The position numbers and the translations under genes were made by a program. The notes beneath the pieces are model-generated. The model worked only from the letters and a program-made list of their open reading frames with translations, did no database searches and was not told the DNA's origin. From positions 96,001 through 160,000 of the forward strand of contig CAWDKY010000030.1 in the NCBI GenBank assembly GCA_963802945.1: DNA of 64,000 bases, written 5' to 3'. Positions 61,565 through 64,000 of the stretch are shown here, one piece after another. The stretch's first letter is position 1. Each line of letters starts with the position of its first letter. Source of the DNA: an uncultured delta proteobacterium. Lineage in GTDB: Bacteria; Desulfobacterota; RBG-13-43-22.

Positions 61565-61730
61565 TGATTGATCTCCCTTTAGTTCGAAAATAAAAACAAA
61601 GAACCCACAATCGAGGAGTCAGAATTCAAAATAAAATCACTTAATCCATGGATTCTAAGATTTATTTTCTTCCTTTGTGGTACCCCGGCGGGGCATGAGT
61701 ATTTAATATCTCTTTTTTGTGACTCCCTGA

Positions 61731-61770
61731 ATAAAAAACCCCTCAGCTTTTAGGCTGAAGGGTTTTTATT
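61731..61770. terminator. Bidirectional intrinsic terminator
   Basis: ataaaaaacccctcagc-tttta-ggctgaagggtttttatt. Confidence 0.75.
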
Positions 61771-61783
61771 CGAGGCAATTTGT

Positions 61784-61915
61784 TTATGCTTTTTTGGGTG
61801 GCTTAATCAATACGAAAGCCAGTACAAGCCCCACCACCGCGAGCACCGCCGTTGGATAAAAGGCATAGGTGTATGTTCCGAACACCCCTTTGGCCTTACC
61901 GGAAATTCCCGCACT
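61784..61915 (-). pseudogene. C-terminal fragment of an MFS (OFA-like) transporter
   Basis: AGISGKAKGVFGTYTYAFYPTAVLAVVGLVLAFVLIKPPKKA*, no start. Confidence 0.5.
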
Positions 61916-61950
61916 TGGGGTGATATATTCAAAACGAATTACTATTAAAG

Positions 61951-62514
61951 CTATTTCTGGCCTAGTGGCAAGACCACCCTGTTAAAGTTCTCATTGAGCA
62001 CCTGGGCCATGCCGCAGTAAATGGCCGAAAGGCCGCAGAAGATACCTTCGTAGCCGGTTAAGGCTGCCCAAGTCCCAGTCCAGCCAAAAGCATCACGCGC
62101 CGCAAGCATCCAGAACAGGATGGTTAGCGTCAAAAAGACCACCTGAAGCCCCCGGTTGGCCTTCCAGGTGCCGATCCACATTAAAAATGTGAACAGCCCC
62201 CACAAAAAGAGATAGCAGGCCATAAATCCCAACTGGGTTGCGGGCAAACCTAATTTCCCATTGAAATAAATAAGGAACACAAGCGTAAGCCAGAAGAGTC
62301 CGTAAGACGTGAAGGCGGTGGTACCAAAGGTATTGCCTTTTTTAAATTCCATACATCCCGCAATAACCTGGGCAATTCCTCCGTAGAAAATACCCATTGC
62401 CATAATAACTGCGCTAATCTCAAACAGCCCAGCATTATGAATGTTTAAAAGAACGGTAGTCATTCCAAATGCCGTTAAACCAAGCGGTGCCGGATTAGCT
62501 AGATTGTCAGCCAT
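61951..62514 (-). CDS. satP: Acetate/succinate uptake channel (GPR1/FUN34/YaaH)
   Basis: [31 protein letters not shown]. Confidence 0.93.
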   Translation of the reverse strand: MADNLANPAPLGLTAFGMTTVLLNIHNAGLFEISAVIMAMGIFYGGIAQVIAGCMEFKKGNTFGTTAFTSYGLFWLTLVFLIYFNGKLGLPATQLGFMACYLFLWGLFTFLMWIGTWKANRGLQVVFLTLTILFWMLAARDAFGWTGTWAALTGYEGIFCGLSAIYCGMAQVLNENFNRVVLPLGQK

Positions 62515-63033
62515 AAGAACCTCCTCGATTATTTTTTTTCTTTATATTAAAATTTGTTTTTTATGTCAACCAGAAAAATCAGAAACACGGAGATATAAAA
62601 TATTAAGATATTCCGAGGTCCATATTAGTTCTTATCAGGTTTTGGTCTCCCCCTTTTCTGAGGTATCGGAATTCTCGATAGTTTGTTTTCCAAACGACGG
62701 CAGCCATGCCGACAACAAACACAAAAATAATGAAAGCTAATTAGGTGCTTGCCTCCGCCCAACCATGGGTTGTCATTAAAGGTTTTTTAAAAACCGACCA
62801 AGCATAGACGGTTCCCAAACAAAGTTGCCTCACGACCGCCACGATAGGGAGTTAACGTCTTTAACTTTCCAGATTTTTGTTGGTTAGACTTTCCCCCTAT
62901 TTAAATGGATTTGTAGCTTAAGCGGCTTCCAGTTTAACCGCGCAAACTTTGTATTTGGGGATTTTCCCGGTCGGATCCAGAACCGAATTGGCCAACATAT
63001 TAACCGGGAAGTCCGCAAATAGGTATAAAAAAT

Positions 63034-64000
63034 TTATACTTCAGCATCGCAGCGTAAGCATCGCGAGGCTTCTTGAACGGCATCCTCTATCGTGAAACCC
63101 AGCTCCACTTCGGAAAAATCCATTTTGCGTCGGTCGCCGGAAAGTTCCGGCATGGCCATTTGCGGGGCTTCAACGGTTTCTTCATCGATGATCAAAGGCA
63201 CATCAATTTTTTCCCGGGCCGGTTTTTCATAGGCCGGTTCACCGTTGGCCTTCCGTATGGCGGCATCGATGTCTTCTGCGGCCTGATGTCCGGCGGCAAT
63301 GGCCCCGATGACCGTATCCGGGCCGGTTACCGCATCTCCACCGGCAAAATATCGGGGACTGGAAGTGCGGGATTTGAATTCATCGCCCACCTCAAAACAA
63401 TCCCTTCGGTTAATCTTGATACCGCTTTTTTGATCGATAAAACTCATATCGGGAACCTGGCCGATAGCGGCAATAACGGAATCAAGTTTTAAAGTGAATT
63501 CGGATCCGGCAATGGCCACCGGACGTTTGCGGCCGCTGGCATCAAAGTCGCCCAGGGTCATGCGCTGGCAGGTAATCGAGCTGACTTTTCCTTTTGCGCC
63601 TTCAATCTTCAACGGGGCGACCAGATATTCGATCTTGATGCCTTCTTCTTCAGCGGCCTTGATTTCTTCCTGGGCCGCGGGCATATCCTGTCTCAAGCGG
63701 CGGTAAAGAATGGTAACGTTCGCCCCAAGACGCACGGCGATGCGGGCGGCATCGATGGCCGAATTCCCTCCGCCGACTACAGCCACATTTTTACCCAACG
63801 TTTTTTGGCCTTTCAGCCACCCGTCTTCGTTGGCATTGAAATCACGCAGGAACTCCACTCCGCCGAAGACGTTTTTCAGGTCTTCACCGGGGCAATTCAT
63901 TTTCTGGCTCTTGTGCGCCCCGGAACCCAGATAGATATAATCAAAATCCTTTTCCAGTTTGGCCATGGTGATATCGCGGCCCACCCGGGTATTCAAGCGG
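63034..64000 (-). CDS. GltD-like FAD/NAD(P) oxidoreductase, 5' partial (starts beyond window)
   Basis: VVGGGNSAIDAAR, YRR..MPA, FAGGDAVTGP, EASRCLRC. Confidence 0.88.
   Translation of the reverse strand, partial: RLNTRVGRDITMAKLEKDFDYIYLGSGAHKSQKMNCPGEDLKNVFGGVEFLRDFNANEDGWLKGQKTLGKNVAVVGGGNSAIDAARIAVRLGANVTILYRRLRQDMPAAQEEIKAAEEEGIKIEYLVAPLKIEGAKGKVSSITCQRMTLGDFDASGRKRPVAIAGSEFTLKLDSVIAAIGQVPDMSFIDQKSGIKINRRDCFEVGDEFKSRTSSPRYFAGGDAVTGPDTVIGAIAAGHQAAEDIDAAIRKANGEPAYEKPAREKIDVPLIIDEETVEAPQMAMPELSGDRRKMDFSEVELGFTIEDAVQEASRCLRCDAEV

Noticed and set aside
1-64000. CRISPR array, tRNA or rRNA genes
   Set aside because: No regularly spaced identical repeats with unique spacers and no recognisable tRNA/rRNA sequence; the repeats seen are palindromic or short-period.

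Overview
Bacterial chromosomal window whose gene content (Hdr/Flx, Sec-HdrA, long N-terminal integron-integrase module) suggests an anaerobic Desulfobacterota (deltaproteobacterial) genome; the taxon is an inference. Left to right: (1) kdpABC with an unusually long KdpC, followed by a KdpD sensor split over several genes plus a PTS EIIA-Ntr domain, with no KdpE in the window (1-9839). (2) A decayed integron that the ORF track does not show: intI stump, near-consensus Pc promoter, attI and six cassettes (DUF4145, membrane protein, ORF-less, 57-aa membrane protein, Ogt/MGMT, RHH-MazF TA). It is interrupted by an inverted-repeat-bounded Y1/RAYT transposase element, which itself carries an IS1182 with a 4-bp target duplication (9865-16026). 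(3) SDR and CoA-transferase, CopA, a 7TM-PAS-GGDEF protein, a gmd/GT4/flippase polysaccharide cluster and ppiD. (4) An hdrA-mvhD-flxCBA-like electron-bifurcation operon whose hdrA has an in-frame UGA with a SECIS-like hairpin (selenocysteine). (5) pyrR, lon, larC, osmC. (6) A partly decayed envelope region (M16 pair, ppiC, cpoB, L,D-transpeptidase, tolA-like, Lpp-like lipoprotein, pal), ClC, an ABC binding protein, gamma-carbonic anhydrase, satP and a partial GltD-like oxidoreductase. Several families of structured intergenic repeats occur. Many genes carry single-base frameshifts, probably largely long-read indel errors. All calls are from motif recognition by eye; no database searches were run.
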